In this document: positions 15,594 to 25,102 of the stretch, in pieces
Position numbering within the stretch: the stretch's first letter is position 1
Layout: every line of letters begins with the position of its first letter
Virus record (IMG/VR): IMGVR_UViG_3300035520_000350
Span: 1 to 32,465 of that record
DNA from: a virus
Taxonomy: Duplodnaviria > Heunggongvirae > Uroviricota > Caudoviricetes
Reading direction: 5' to 3' (one strand)
DNA length: 32,465 nt
The notes under the pieces: model-generated
The model's database searches: none
Told to the model about the DNA's origin: nothing
The model's input: only the letters and a program-made list of their open reading frames with translations
Program-made: the position numbers and the translations under genes

Positions 15594-16490
15594 ATGTATT
15601 TTTTAGAATTAATGCTAAACATCAAGGGAGAAGGAATCAGACAGAGTTTAAGCGGATCTCTATATGTGTCAGATCCATTACTTGGAAGTACTATAAATTT
15701 GTATAAGCCATCAATGGAGTTTGAGTTTGATAATGCTCATTTGCTATACGGGATTCCAGTAACATTCTCTGATGTCACTGGAGAAGTATCACTGAATTAT
15801 TCTCAGATTGGTACATGTTCTTGCGGCACCACCAGAACTTCCAAAAAGATAACAACTTTTGGAAAGAAGAAGAAAGAAGATACTGAGGAGGATATCCTTA
15901 CACAGCTTAAGCAGTTCAGTGAAGAGCTTAATGCTCAGAACAATTGTAGCTGCATCTTCCCGGGTACTTTCACTATCAACTTTGATACTAGGAGTTTACC
16001 AGGAGGAGTTGAACCTTATGGTCTTTCCATGAGTGCAACAATTCTGATTGATATCTCTGATGATAAGATCCGTATTCATTGGAGATATACATCCAACTTT
16101 GCTAATGGTATAACAGAAACATTCGGATCATCGGATGATTCTGTTATAGTTCTGGATCGTGAGTCAGAGAGTATGAGTATCCAATTAATTGCTCTTAATC
16201 CGACTTGCGATGCAAGCAGTAGAGGACCGATGTATCTGATGGCTAAAGAATTTGAATACGGAGATGCTTATGCACCAGTCATTGATCCGTCAACTGCTGA
16301 TATGTACGTTAAATGCATCAGTACTCATTCAGAATCTGAGTACACCTACAATATCGGAACGTTTGCTACTGTAGTAGAGCAGCCTGTTCAAACAGCTCAT
16401 TATCATAGCATTGAACAAAGCGGGGAACTGTTGTATAATATCGACGAAAAGGAGAATAATGATGCAGCAGTCGGGAATCAAACTGAGTGA
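15594..16490 (+). CDS. Hypothetical protein
   Basis: 298-aa ORF, AAGGAG RBS, co-directional operon. Confidence 0.8.
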   Translation: MYFLELMLNIKGEGIRQSLSGSLYVSDPLLGSTINLYKPSMEFEFDNAHLLYGIPVTFSDVTGEVSLNYSQIGTCSCGTTRTSKKITTFGKKKKEDTEEDILTQLKQFSEELNAQNNCSCIFPGTFTINFDTRSLPGGVEPYGLSMSATILIDISDDKIRIHWRYTSNFANGITETFGSSDDSVIVLDRESESMSIQLIALNPTCDASSRGPMYLMAKEFEYGDAYAPVIDPSTADMYVKCISTHSESEYTYNIGTFATVVEQPVQTAHYHSIEQSGELLYNIDEKENNDAAVGNQTE

Positions 16491-17172
16491 TATTGACAAT
16501 CCGTATACGTTAAACATTTTTACAGATGCTTCTATCTTTAATAAACGTAACGGATATGATGGATGCTATGGTGCTATCGCTGTGTTTAATGACACTAAGA
16601 TAGATGAGATCTATAGAATCAACACAGACACAACAAACAACAACGCTGAGATTAAGGGAGTGAGAGCCGGAGTATATCTGGCTCTCAAGTACCAGCATCA
16701 GTTTAGAATCATTAATATTTTTTCTGATTCTCAGATATCTATCTTTGGTATAAGAGATAGACTAATCAATTGGAGATATGACTTCACTACACAATCTCTT
16801 ATAGGAAATATGGATCAACAGATATGCAATCAGGAAATATTTATGGAAATAGTATACCTGATGCTCCAGAACAATCTTAGAATAAACTTCTTGCATCAGA
16901 AAGGTCATGTGAATGACAATATAAGAGATACATTCAATGCTAGGCATGTGTTTGCTAGTAGTAACTATATAAGAGGTAAGGTTGATCTTAATCTAATCAA
17001 GTTTATCTCTAAATGGAATGCTATAGTGGACTTTGAGTCTAGAAACAAGTTATATCAGAGAGATAAGAATAGAGTCTACAATGATGCAGTAGACTTTAGC
17101 TATGCTCCATTTGACAGAATCAGGTTTCAGGCTTTATCACAAAACACCATAAAGAAGGGTGAACTTACGTAA
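16459..17172 (+). CDS. rnhA: Ribonuclease HI
   Basis: IFTDAS, TNNNAEIKGV, IFSDSQ, HQKGH, N..VD catalytic pattern. Start reassigned to ATG 16459 (AAGGAG RBS). Confidence 0.9.
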   Translation: MMQQSGIKLSDIDNPYTLNIFTDASIFNKRNGYDGCYGAIAVFNDTKIDEIYRINTDTTNNNAEIKGVRAGVYLALKYQHQFRIINIFSDSQISIFGIRDRLINWRYDFTTQSLIGNMDQQICNQEIFMEIVYLMLQNNLRINFLHQKGHVNDNIRDTFNARHVFASSNYIRGKVDLNLIKFISKWNAIVDFESRNKLYQRDKNRVYNDAVDFSYAPFDRIRFQALSQNTIKKGELT

Positions 17173-17195
17173 GTTCACCCAACCTTTTATTTTTT
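17157..17195 (+). terminator. Intrinsic terminator (24-bp perfect palindrome plus T-tract)
   Basis: GGGTGAACTTAC|GTAAGTTCACCC then AACCTTTTATTTTTT; overlaps the rnhA stop. Confidence 0.8.
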
Positions 17196-17247
17196 GTGTA
17201 AGTTATATACTATAAAGACGAAACAAATAAATTTTTTAAGGAGGGAC

Positions 17248-18363
17248 ATGTTTATGTCATTGAAAAATCTTAAAGTTAAGGCACAAAAGGGTGTGTTCCC
17301 TAAAGTAAAGGAGGAAGCAAAGATAATCAAATTAGAGGTACCTAGAAAGGAATGTGATACTCATTATCGCATCAAAGAAGTATCAGAAGATGTAGATACC
17401 ACACTTCTTGACACAGCGGATGAAATGACCATTGATTTCAGTAATAAGGATGATCTGATCAAAGCATCCTCTCCTGTTTTCTATGTAGGAGAGTCTAACA
17501 GTCTTGAGAATTACCCAAACCCATATACACTTGTTATGCATAACCTGCATCATGCAGTAAGAGCTTTACAGAATGACTCTGGTTATGCAGAAGCAATGCA
17601 GAATAATCCGAAGATCTTTGAGAACCGGATTGTTCCTAGATTAAAATCCATTATCTATGACACTGTAACCATTGCTTATATGAATGCTATTCATAGCTCT
17701 GTTATATCTTTCCTGCAGAGCAAGCTTTCGTTTCTGCACAGATATTACATGGATGGATCACAGGGTTGGTCATATCCATATGTCCCTGATATCATCAATA
17801 AGTGCGCACGCAGCAACGATATCGGCTTTCAGATTGAATCTCTGACTCGTTGCATTACAGAGTTCTCTTATCTGAATTCTATCGGAAACATGACGATTGA
17901 GAATTTTAATTCCTTGATCTGCTATCATGTTAGCATCACCAGAGATGCTATTCTGGGAAGTATTGCAAATGATCTGAATGCTTTGGTTAGAACCTTTTCA
18001 TTCGGAGAACCGTTCCTTACTACAACTTATCCGTACCGTACATTTGAAGAAGTTAACGATGATCGTGCTAAACAACTGTATGGTCCTGGCAAGAAACAGA
18101 GAACGATAGCTTTACAACAATTGTTGTGCGAGTTTCAGCCAAATATTCCGGATGAAATTAACGGCATTGAAGATCAGGAGTGGTACTGGATTCTCTCTTG
18201 TGAGACAAGAGTAGAGTTAGAGGTTATGTCTCCGATGATCGAGATGTTCTTGTGGCAGATTGTAGCTGCTATCAGGAGCATTTTTACACCTGAATTTCTT
18301 AAGGTGGTCTATAAGGATTACAACAAGAGATGGTTACAGGGTATGGATGACGACGAATTTTAA
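17248..18363 (+). CDS. Hypothetical protein
   Basis: Long ORF; ATG 17248 follows AAGGAGGG; ATATACTATAAA motif at 17205. Confidence 0.8.
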   Translation: MFMSLKNLKVKAQKGVFPKVKEEAKIIKLEVPRKECDTHYRIKEVSEDVDTTLLDTADEMTIDFSNKDDLIKASSPVFYVGESNSLENYPNPYTLVMHNLHHAVRALQNDSGYAEAMQNNPKIFENRIVPRLKSIIYDTVTIAYMNAIHSSVISFLQSKLSFLHRYYMDGSQGWSYPYVPDIINKCARSNDIGFQIESLTRCITEFSYLNSIGNMTIENFNSLICYHVSITRDAILGSIANDLNALVRTFSFGEPFLTTTYPYRTFEEVNDDRAKQLYGPGKKQRTIALQQLLCEFQPNIPDEINGIEDQEWYWILSCETRVELEVMSPMIEMFLWQIVAAIRSIFTPEFLKVVYKDYNKRWLQGMDDDEF

Positions 18364-18428
18364 AGAGCGAACTGTTCATATACTATAAGTGTAATAAAAT
18401 GAGAAGAATCTTATAGGAGTGAAAGAAA

Positions 18429-19736
18429 ATGGTAAAGTATGATTACTATACTGGAGAGCTGTCTAACGACGGCTCTCCGCCTTTATCTGAACAAGAGATA
18501 GTTCAGAATGCAAACTTAATAAATCCTGCTTATGACTACGATCCGCAACAGAGATTGAATCAGATGCAGGCACAACAACAGCAACAAATGATGTATGGAG
18601 GATACTATACTAATGGAATGCCACAGTATGGTTATCCGCAGAATACATTCTATGCTATGAACTATCCACAATATGGTGGATATCAATCCCCTAGTGGATT
18701 TTCTGGTTATGCTGGTAATCCAGCATTCCAGTATATGCAAGGTAGTGGGTATCAGAGTCCTTATATGACTCAACAGCAGGACTATACTTACTACGTACCA
18801 GGCTTCAACACAGGTTCTAGAGAGTTGTTACCTCATGATGTAGAAAATATATGTAATGAGTTACAGAATCAAATGATGATGGAACTTGAAGAAGCTAATG
18901 TAAAGAGAATGGAACAACAGAAGAGTTATTATAATGCTCTTGGGTATAACAATGGGTACAACTATTATGGGATGCCGTATATGAATACTTTCTATGCAGA
19001 TCCTCAGATAGTTAATAAGTACAAGCAGAAGATAGAGAATATAAAGAAGGAGGCAAGAGAATCTAGGACTAATCTTAACAAGAACTTGTCTAGATTATGT
19101 CAAAATTATCTTGAAGGGACGGTTGATGAAGAAAGAATAGAAGAGATATATGCTGGAAAGACTGTTACTGTTCCAGGACAGCAGATTCAGTATGATTATA
19201 AGATGCAGATGTTAGCTAGTATGGTACCAGCAGATAATAGTACTATGTATCAGCAGCATCATGCTCAGGTATCAGCAGAGGTAGGTAAGTATTTTGAGAA
19301 TACAACTGATATGAATACATTCTTAAGAGATTGTGGTCAGTTGATATCTGCAGAGAGATTGGAGGCAGAAGATCATAAGAGAAGAGATGGAAGTAATCTA
19401 TATCAACAGAATGGTGCTTACAGAGCCCTTATCAGACAAAAGATAAAGGATAAGCATCAGATGGAAACAGGAGGTGGAGAAATAACATTACCGGGGTTAA
19501 ACCCGAATCAGAATGGAAGTAATATCCCAATGGGAGAATCCTTCCCGACACTAAACCAATCAGCAAGAATGTTGGATGATGGTACTTTACAGATAAGTGC
19601 TCCAGCTTGGTTAGGTAATAAGCAATATGTTGTAAAGAATGCTATGGAAGACGATTACGAGAAGAATCGACAATTGTTTATCCAATCGATATATAGAGAC
19701 AATCCTCGACCAGGAGGTGGTTCAAATGGCAGTTGA
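18429..19736 (+). CDS. Protein with Q/Y/G/N/M-rich low-complexity N-terminal region
   Basis: 435-aa ORF; segments such as QQQQQMMYGGYYTNGMPQYGYPQ and YPQYGGYQSPSGFSGYAG. Confidence 0.85.
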   Translation: MVKYDYYTGELSNDGSPPLSEQEIVQNANLINPAYDYDPQQRLNQMQAQQQQQMMYGGYYTNGMPQYGYPQNTFYAMNYPQYGGYQSPSGFSGYAGNPAFQYMQGSGYQSPYMTQQQDYTYYVPGFNTGSRELLPHDVENICNELQNQMMMELEEANVKRMEQQKSYYNALGYNNGYNYYGMPYMNTFYADPQIVNKYKQKIENIKKEARESRTNLNKNLSRLCQNYLEGTVDEERIEEIYAGKTVTVPGQQIQYDYKMQMLASMVPADNSTMYQQHHAQVSAEVGKYFENTTDMNTFLRDCGQLISAERLEAEDHKRRDGSNLYQQNGAYRALIRQKIKDKHQMETGGGEITLPGLNPNQNGSNIPMGESFPTLNQSARMLDDGTLQISAPAWLGNKQYVVKNAMEDDYEKNRQLFIQSIYRDNPRPGGGSNGS

Positions 19737-21405
19737 TAGAAACTATATATTGAATAAGATGAAAGGGAGGATTATAACACCTGCAGAGTTTAACTTCGAT
19801 GCATTACAAGCACCACCTATATATAGTTTACTTACACCTACTGATATAGGTGATCTACACCAATTAGCAACATCAATAAGATATGCCGGTAATCCTCTTC
19901 TTAGATTTGATAGAATCAATTATATCATGGTTAAAAGAGGATTCAAGAAGATGACTGGTGGAACAAATCGGTTAATCTATAGATTCTTAGAGGACAATTC
20001 CTTCATATTTAAAGTAGCATCTGATGCAGTAGGTATTGGAGATAGTCCTAGAGAATATATCAATCAGCAAATCTTTAAACCATTCGTCACAAAAGTTTTT
20101 GAAGTAAGTCCTTGTGGCACTGTTGGAGAATTTGAAAGAGTTAATCCAATTACCTCAAGGGAAGAGTTTCTATCAGTAGCTCCTGATATATTTGAAGCAA
20201 TAACAAATATCTTCACAGGAGAATATGTAATGGATGATATAGGGAGTGAATTCTTCCTTAACTGGGGCATTCGCGCAGGCTTTGGCCCAGTTCTACTTGA
20301 TTTCCCTTATGCATATAAGCTAGATGGAAATAAATTGTATTGTAATATACCATCTCATGAAGATACTACACAACCTTGTGGTGGTGTAATAGATTATGAT
20401 GATGGTTATAACCACCTTAGATGTACTAAGTGTGGAGCACATTATAAAGCACGTGAATTATCAAGTAACGTTAAAAACAATTCAGTATTAATCAAAGGAG
20501 GAAGAACAAAAATGAAAGTCACATTTGGGTATGGAGAAGGATCTACAGTAACATCCGATTCTAAGAAGTATATGGATGTATCTCCAAAGCTGGTGTCGAA
20601 GAAGCGTGGAGAGAAAGCTAAGATCGGTGATCAGCTTAAGGTAAAGGTTACTGCTACTGAAGTACCTGTTAAAACTAAGAAGGTTCAGGTAGCTGGTAAG
20701 ACAGTAGAGATCCCGAAGGAAGAGAATGCTCCGGGATACAAGGCTTATGCCGGTGATGTAACAAACATCAAGGATCTGATTGATACAGATGAGAGCATCA
20801 AGTGCATTGCTCTTGCTGGTAAGAACGGATATCTCAGAAATAATGGAGAACAGATCGTGATCATTGATAGACTGTGCGGTTCTCCGCTTACTGATCTGGC
20901 TATCCTTAAGCAGGAAGCATATCAGAAACTCATTGATGCTATGGCGGAGCGTAACGCTTTACAGGAAGTAAACAAAGAGATAACAAGAGAGAAGGATGAA
21001 GCAATTGAAAACTATACTTCTCTTAAAACTGAGATGGATGAGCTTCAGGCTAAGTATGATGAGCTCATTCAGTCTGCTTTGAATCAGGTGAATGAACCAA
21101 AGGAAGTAGAAAAGGTAGAGCCTAAGCGTAAGAAAACTACCAGTAGTAGTAAAGCAAAGAAAGCTGTAGTAAAGGAAGAGCCTAAGGAGGAACCGACTGA
21201 AACTCCGAAGGAAGAAGAGACAGCACCTGCTACAGAGGAACTTCCGGATGATGCAGTATTAAAAGAGACTCCAAAGGAAGAAGCTCCTGTAGAGGATATT
21301 CCGGTAGGAGCAGCTCCGCCAACTGTAACTAAGGCTGTAAGAAAGTCTATGAGATACGATCCGGAGTTCTATGACAAGAAAAAGAAAGCCGCAAAGAAAA
21401 AGTAA
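19726..21405 (+). CDS. Protein kinase-like domain + Zn ribbon + coiled coil + K/E/P-rich tail
   Basis: GGTNR (Gly loop), FKVA (Lys), PREY (Glu), MDDIG...LNWG (catalytic loop), VLLDF (DFG-like); C...CGG...CTKCG. Start reassigned to ATG 19726 (GGAGG RBS). Confidence 0.65.
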   Translation: MAVDRNYILNKMKGRIITPAEFNFDALQAPPIYSLLTPTDIGDLHQLATSIRYAGNPLLRFDRINYIMVKRGFKKMTGGTNRLIYRFLEDNSFIFKVASDAVGIGDSPREYINQQIFKPFVTKVFEVSPCGTVGEFERVNPITSREEFLSVAPDIFEAITNIFTGEYVMDDIGSEFFLNWGIRAGFGPVLLDFPYAYKLDGNKLYCNIPSHEDTTQPCGGVIDYDDGYNHLRCTKCGAHYKARELSSNVKNNSVLIKGGRTKMKVTFGYGEGSTVTSDSKKYMDVSPKLVSKKRGEKAKIGDQLKVKVTATEVPVKTKKVQVAGKTVEIPKEENAPGYKAYAGDVTNIKDLIDTDESIKCIALAGKNGYLRNNGEQIVIIDRLCGSPLTDLAILKQEAYQKLIDAMAERNALQEVNKEITREKDEAIENYTSLKTEMDELQAKYDELIQSALNQVNEPKEVEKVEPKRKKTTSSSKAKKAVVKEEPKEEPTETPKEEETAPATEELPDDAVLKETPKEEAPVEDIPVGAAPPTVTKAVRKSMRYDPEFYDKKKKAAKKK

Positions 21406-21411
21406 AAGAAG

Positions 21412-22092
21412 GTGGTAGTAGTGAATGATGTGTGTATTCTTAAGGGTACTATTTATGTAACAGATGATCTGAATTTCGTTCGTAATGTACCTGATAAGAG
21501 TGTAAAGATCATATCATTGGATGAAGAAGGAGCTTTGAGTCCTAACGATCCTAATGTGGTTGTTGGGACTTGTCTACTTCCTCCAATAGAGGCATTGATA
21601 GCAGAGGCAGATGGTGATGAGGATCTTTATGATGCTCATTATCTGGCACATCTTAACTCACCGTTTGTTCAGGAGTTCATAGGGGCATTGATATCAGCGT
21701 TATATAGAAACACTTCGTTGTTATTATATGCTCCAATGATGAAAGAGAATATATCTATTAGGAAGCTTAGACAACATCTGTTTAGTCTATATGGTATTAT
21801 GATAGGAGTCGTAGGGCAACAGCCTTGTCAATATGATCCTAGATGTATACCAATATGGCTGACTATGATCTATAGCGCCAATGTGATATATCCTGAAGAG
21901 TTTCTTTTAAATTATCCAGAAGATGCTGCTTTCAACAATGTAATAGTTGATAAGCTTCTTATTGATCTAAGACCTATTGGAGATAGTTATAATGATAGGC
22001 TTAAGACAATAAAAGAGTTTCAACTTAGACTTAAAGAAAAGCCAAAGACTCAGATGGCAGTCTTTGATTTAAGAACAGCAGGAGGAATCTAG
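21412..22092 (+). CDS. Hypothetical protein
   Basis: 226-aa ORF, GTG start, tightly packed operon. Confidence 0.8.
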   Translation: MVVVNDVCILKGTIYVTDDLNFVRNVPDKSVKIISLDEEGALSPNDPNVVVGTCLLPPIEALIAEADGDEDLYDAHYLAHLNSPFVQEFIGALISALYRNTSLLLYAPMMKENISIRKLRQHLFSLYGIMIGVVGQQPCQYDPRCIPIWLTMIYSANVIYPEEFLLNYPEDAAFNNVIVDKLLIDLRPIGDSYNDRLKTIKEFQLRLKEKPKTQMAVFDLRTAGGI

Positions 22093-22093
22093 T

Positions 22094-22561
22094 ATGCTTT
22101 TATATGGAGATGCTAGAAACATCCAGGATCAGTGTGTAGTATTGAATTATACCTCCTATATCGAAGGGTATAGGAGGTTAAATTTGCTACCACCTAATTC
22201 TTTGGGTGCATCTAGTGATTATCAATTTGACCAGTTATATATGCAGTACATCTTATCTAATGATGCTCTCTTTATAGAGTTCTTTAGTCTTATTGAGATG
22301 CTTAGGAATGGTAGAGATGTATATATCATTGTATCCAATGATGATTGGTCAGAACAGTTAATTGAATCTTTACTGAAGTTGATTCAGCAGAGATATGGAT
22401 ATAATGCGACTCGTATCAATTGTTTTGAGGATCTGATAACAGCAGAACCTGGAAACTTTAATAGTTCTTACGGACTATTTAACTACGATACAGATGCAGA
22501 TAGATATACTGATCTAGTAATGAGAATAAGATTAGCACAAGGAGGTTCTATTCATGGCTAA
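22094..22561 (+). CDS. Hypothetical protein
   Basis: 155-aa ORF with GGAGG RBS. Confidence 0.8.
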   Translation: MLLYGDARNIQDQCVVLNYTSYIEGYRRLNLLPPNSLGASSDYQFDQLYMQYILSNDALFIEFFSLIEMLRNGRDVYIIVSNDDWSEQLIESLLKLIQQRYGYNATRINCFEDLITAEPGNFNSSYGLFNYDTDADRYTDLVMRIRLAQGGSIHG

Positions 22562-22970
22562 CTGTGGTGCTTTATTAGCCGTCGATCCTATACCATTAGG
22601 AGGTAAAGACGAATCTTATATTAAGGAATGGATGTTAGATCCGTGGTTTGACATTACGTTTGTTGATGCTGCTGATACAAATATAAATCTTGTAGATAAT
22701 AGAGTAGCTCATATCTGTTATGATAGACCAGACTATAAACCAATAGATGCTAAAGCAGATCTATTACTCAATGAGAACTTATGGAATATCTTTCTGTTTG
22801 ATATAGCAAATGAGAATGTCTATGGTCAGGCTATGAATCTAGCCTCAACGTTTCTACGAACTCAAGGTATATATCATGTATTTGCATTCCCTAACTATAT
22901 ATCACTTCCGTTCATATCTAACAATAAGCGTATAGTTACATTTATTCCTAGAGGAGTGTATAACACATGA
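22554..22970 (+). CDS. Hypothetical protein
   Basis: 138-aa ORF with AAGGAGG RBS, overlapping both neighbours. Confidence 0.8.
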   Translation: MANCGALLAVDPIPLGGKDESYIKEWMLDPWFDITFVDAADTNINLVDNRVAHICYDRPDYKPIDAKADLLLNENLWNIFLFDIANENVYGQAMNLASTFLRTQGIYHVFAFPNYISLPFISNNKRIVTFIPRGVYNT

Positions 22971-23764
22971 GTACGTTATATAAAAAAGTCAATTACCTTA
23001 TCAATGCTGTCTTTCTAAAGTCAGTATTGATAACAGAGTATGATATAAGTAAGGCTAATATATCTATTCTATTAGATAAGGGATTGATAACGAAAGATCA
23101 ATATAATTACTTATATAGATTACCTAAGATAGATAGAGAAGTATTTGTTGGAAATATGATTAGACATGATCCAACTAAGAAAACCATTTATAATGCTATC
23201 AAATCAGGTATAATTACAGCAAAGCAAAATCTATTTTTGCAAAATAACGTACAAGACCCTGAGGTTATACGTATTGCTAACGATGCTGTATTTATAATGC
23301 GGAATAGTCTTCTTACGAAGACTAAGTTTGGTGTTATAGAGTTTAAGCAGAAGAAGCAATACAGTATCTTTGCTAGAGTAGGAGGATTATCTATATTCTA
23401 TGGTAGCAAGATGGGAGACATAGACCTTGATGTATTAGGTCTAGGAAAGGATCAAACTCTCTTACATGCAGACTATATGCTAACCTTTATAGGAAACTTG
23501 TTCTATCTTATAGAGAGTAGTACATTATCTCATGTAATGGAATACTATCTAGTATTCTATCAGAAGTATCTTAAGAGAGAACTTGAACCTGGATTCTATA
23601 GAGAACTCAATGAAGCTTCCCTGTTTACTGTTCCTGCTCCTAGAGGTAATGGTAAATTTGGAATGATGTTTACTAATGAGATTAGTAAGATAGACATATC
23701 TTATAATGCTGGTATACTGAGAGAGCTCTATGGAATCATTACTAGTTCAGATTTGAGTAATTAG
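22967..23764 (+). CDS. Hypothetical protein with DNA-polymerase-palm-like acidic motifs
   Basis: EYDISKAN (motif A-like) and IRIANDAVF (motif C-like). The ORF is solid; the function is tentative. Confidence 0.5.
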   Translation: MSTLYKKVNYLINAVFLKSVLITEYDISKANISILLDKGLITKDQYNYLYRLPKIDREVFVGNMIRHDPTKKTIYNAIKSGIITAKQNLFLQNNVQDPEVIRIANDAVFIMRNSLLTKTKFGVIEFKQKKQYSIFARVGGLSIFYGSKMGDIDLDVLGLGKDQTLLHADYMLTFIGNLFYLIESSTLSHVMEYYLVFYQKYLKRELEPGFYRELNEASLFTVPAPRGNGKFGMMFTNEISKIDISYNAGILRELYGIITSSDLSN

Positions 23765-23803
23765 CCAGTAGGACTTACAATCCTACTGGCTCTTTTATTT
23801 TTT
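23763..23803. terminator. Intrinsic terminator between convergent operons
   Basis: AGCCAGTAGGA-cttacaa-TCCTACTGGCT then CTTTTATTTTTT. Confidence 0.85.
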
Positions 23804-23804
23804 T

Positions 23805-24275
23805 CTATTCTTCAATCTCTGCATTGGTTTCTAATGAGTAAGATAGTACGTATAGCTTTACCTTCTCATAGATAAAGTGTACTAACTCCTCATAGTTGTT
23901 TATGTTATAAGTAAGTCTAAGTAAGCTAAACACAGCAGGAGTAACTTTCTCCATTACATCCTTAACCATAGACTTAACCATCTCGTTCATCATATCCTCT
24001 GTTAGATATAACTTCTCCGGATCTTGATATTCAAAGTTGTTTAGCTTATATAGCTTACCTGCATCTTGTACATATCTGTCTATCCTTTCGTCTATCTTGT
24101 CAAAATCAAAGTTACTATAGATCTTAATCCTTTCTGTCTCATCATTGATAGAGGCTACTCTTATATTAGCCTCATTTTTCTTTTTTGTATTGATCATACT
24201 AGATACTAAGTATCCTACAGTGATAATCAATACAGTAAAGCAGATTACAATAGTTATAGCCAATTCGTTAGTCAT
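23805..24275 (-). CDS. Hypothetical membrane-anchored protein
   Basis: N-terminal hydrophobic helix (LAITIVICFTVLIITVGYLV); GGAGGG RBS. Confidence 0.8.
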   Translation of the reverse strand: MTNELAITIVICFTVLIITVGYLVSSMINTKKKNEANIRVASINDETERIKIYSNFDFDKIDERIDRYVQDAGKLYKLNNFEYQDPEKLYLTEDMMNEMVKSMVKDVMEKVTPAVFSLLRLTYNINNYEELVHFIYEKVKLYVLSYSLETNAEIEE

Positions 24276-25011
24276 AATAACCCTCCGTGTCTTCTATCAT
24301 ATTTCCATTTAGATAACCACATTGCTCTTTAGGCATACCATATTCATTATAGTACGCAAAACTAAGTAGTTGCTCTTGTTGTGTTACATCTATAGTTATA
24401 GGTAACTTGTCGTTGTATTTCTTTATATACTTCAATACCTTATATGCTATATCAAGAGTTATACCATATCTATACTTATACAGTAACTCCCACCACTTAC
24501 CAAATGTCATCTCTGGTGGTATATAAGCATTAGGATCATTAGTATACATTTGATGAGCTGTTTCTGATAAGAATGTAATAGGTATAGTATTAGCAAAGTG
24601 CTCTTGTATAAGTAACTGTACTAAGTCAAAGGTACTTATTATACCTACTGTATTTATAGTGTGCTCTGTTATGAGTATAGCTATATCATATAGGGGTATA
24701 ATATTGTGGTGTAACTCTATACCTCTTTCTCCTACATCATCAGATGTAATGTTTCCCATTACTTGACATCTATCAAACCCCATACTCATAAGATAACTCT
24801 TGTAAGTCTTATAATACTTACAAGCTCTAAATCTTCTAACAGCATTGTTTATGAATGATCTATATACTTCTACATCCATAAGACTCTCTCTAGTTTGATA
24901 AAACATAAGATCAAATTCTGTATTAGGAGACCTTAGAGTAGGGTTCTGTTTATCATATGAGATCACATCTGGGTACTGATTATATTGATCACATATCTGT
25001 ACTTCGTTCAT
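24268..25011 (-). CDS. Hypothetical protein with degenerate HNH-like (His-Me) signature
   Basis: CQVMG...IELHH...LSETAHQMY; AAGGAGG RBS. Confidence 0.55.
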   Translation of the reverse strand: MNEVQICDQYNQYPDVISYDKQNPTLRSPNTEFDLMFYQTRESLMDVEVYRSFINNAVRRFRACKYYKTYKSYLMSMGFDRCQVMGNITSDDVGERGIELHHNIIPLYDIAILITEHTINTVGIISTFDLVQLLIQEHFANTIPITFLSETAHQMYTNDPNAYIPPEMTFGKWWELLYKYRYGITLDIAYKVLKYIKKYNDKLPITIDVTQQEQLLSFAYYNEYGMPKEQCGYLNGNMIEDTEGYYD

Positions 25012-25102
25012 TTCTAGCCCTCCTTTTTATAAAAAAGTTCAACTTGTTTCCAATCACATAATAATAAATAACATTATATAGTTTGGAGGTGAAGACAATC
25101 CG

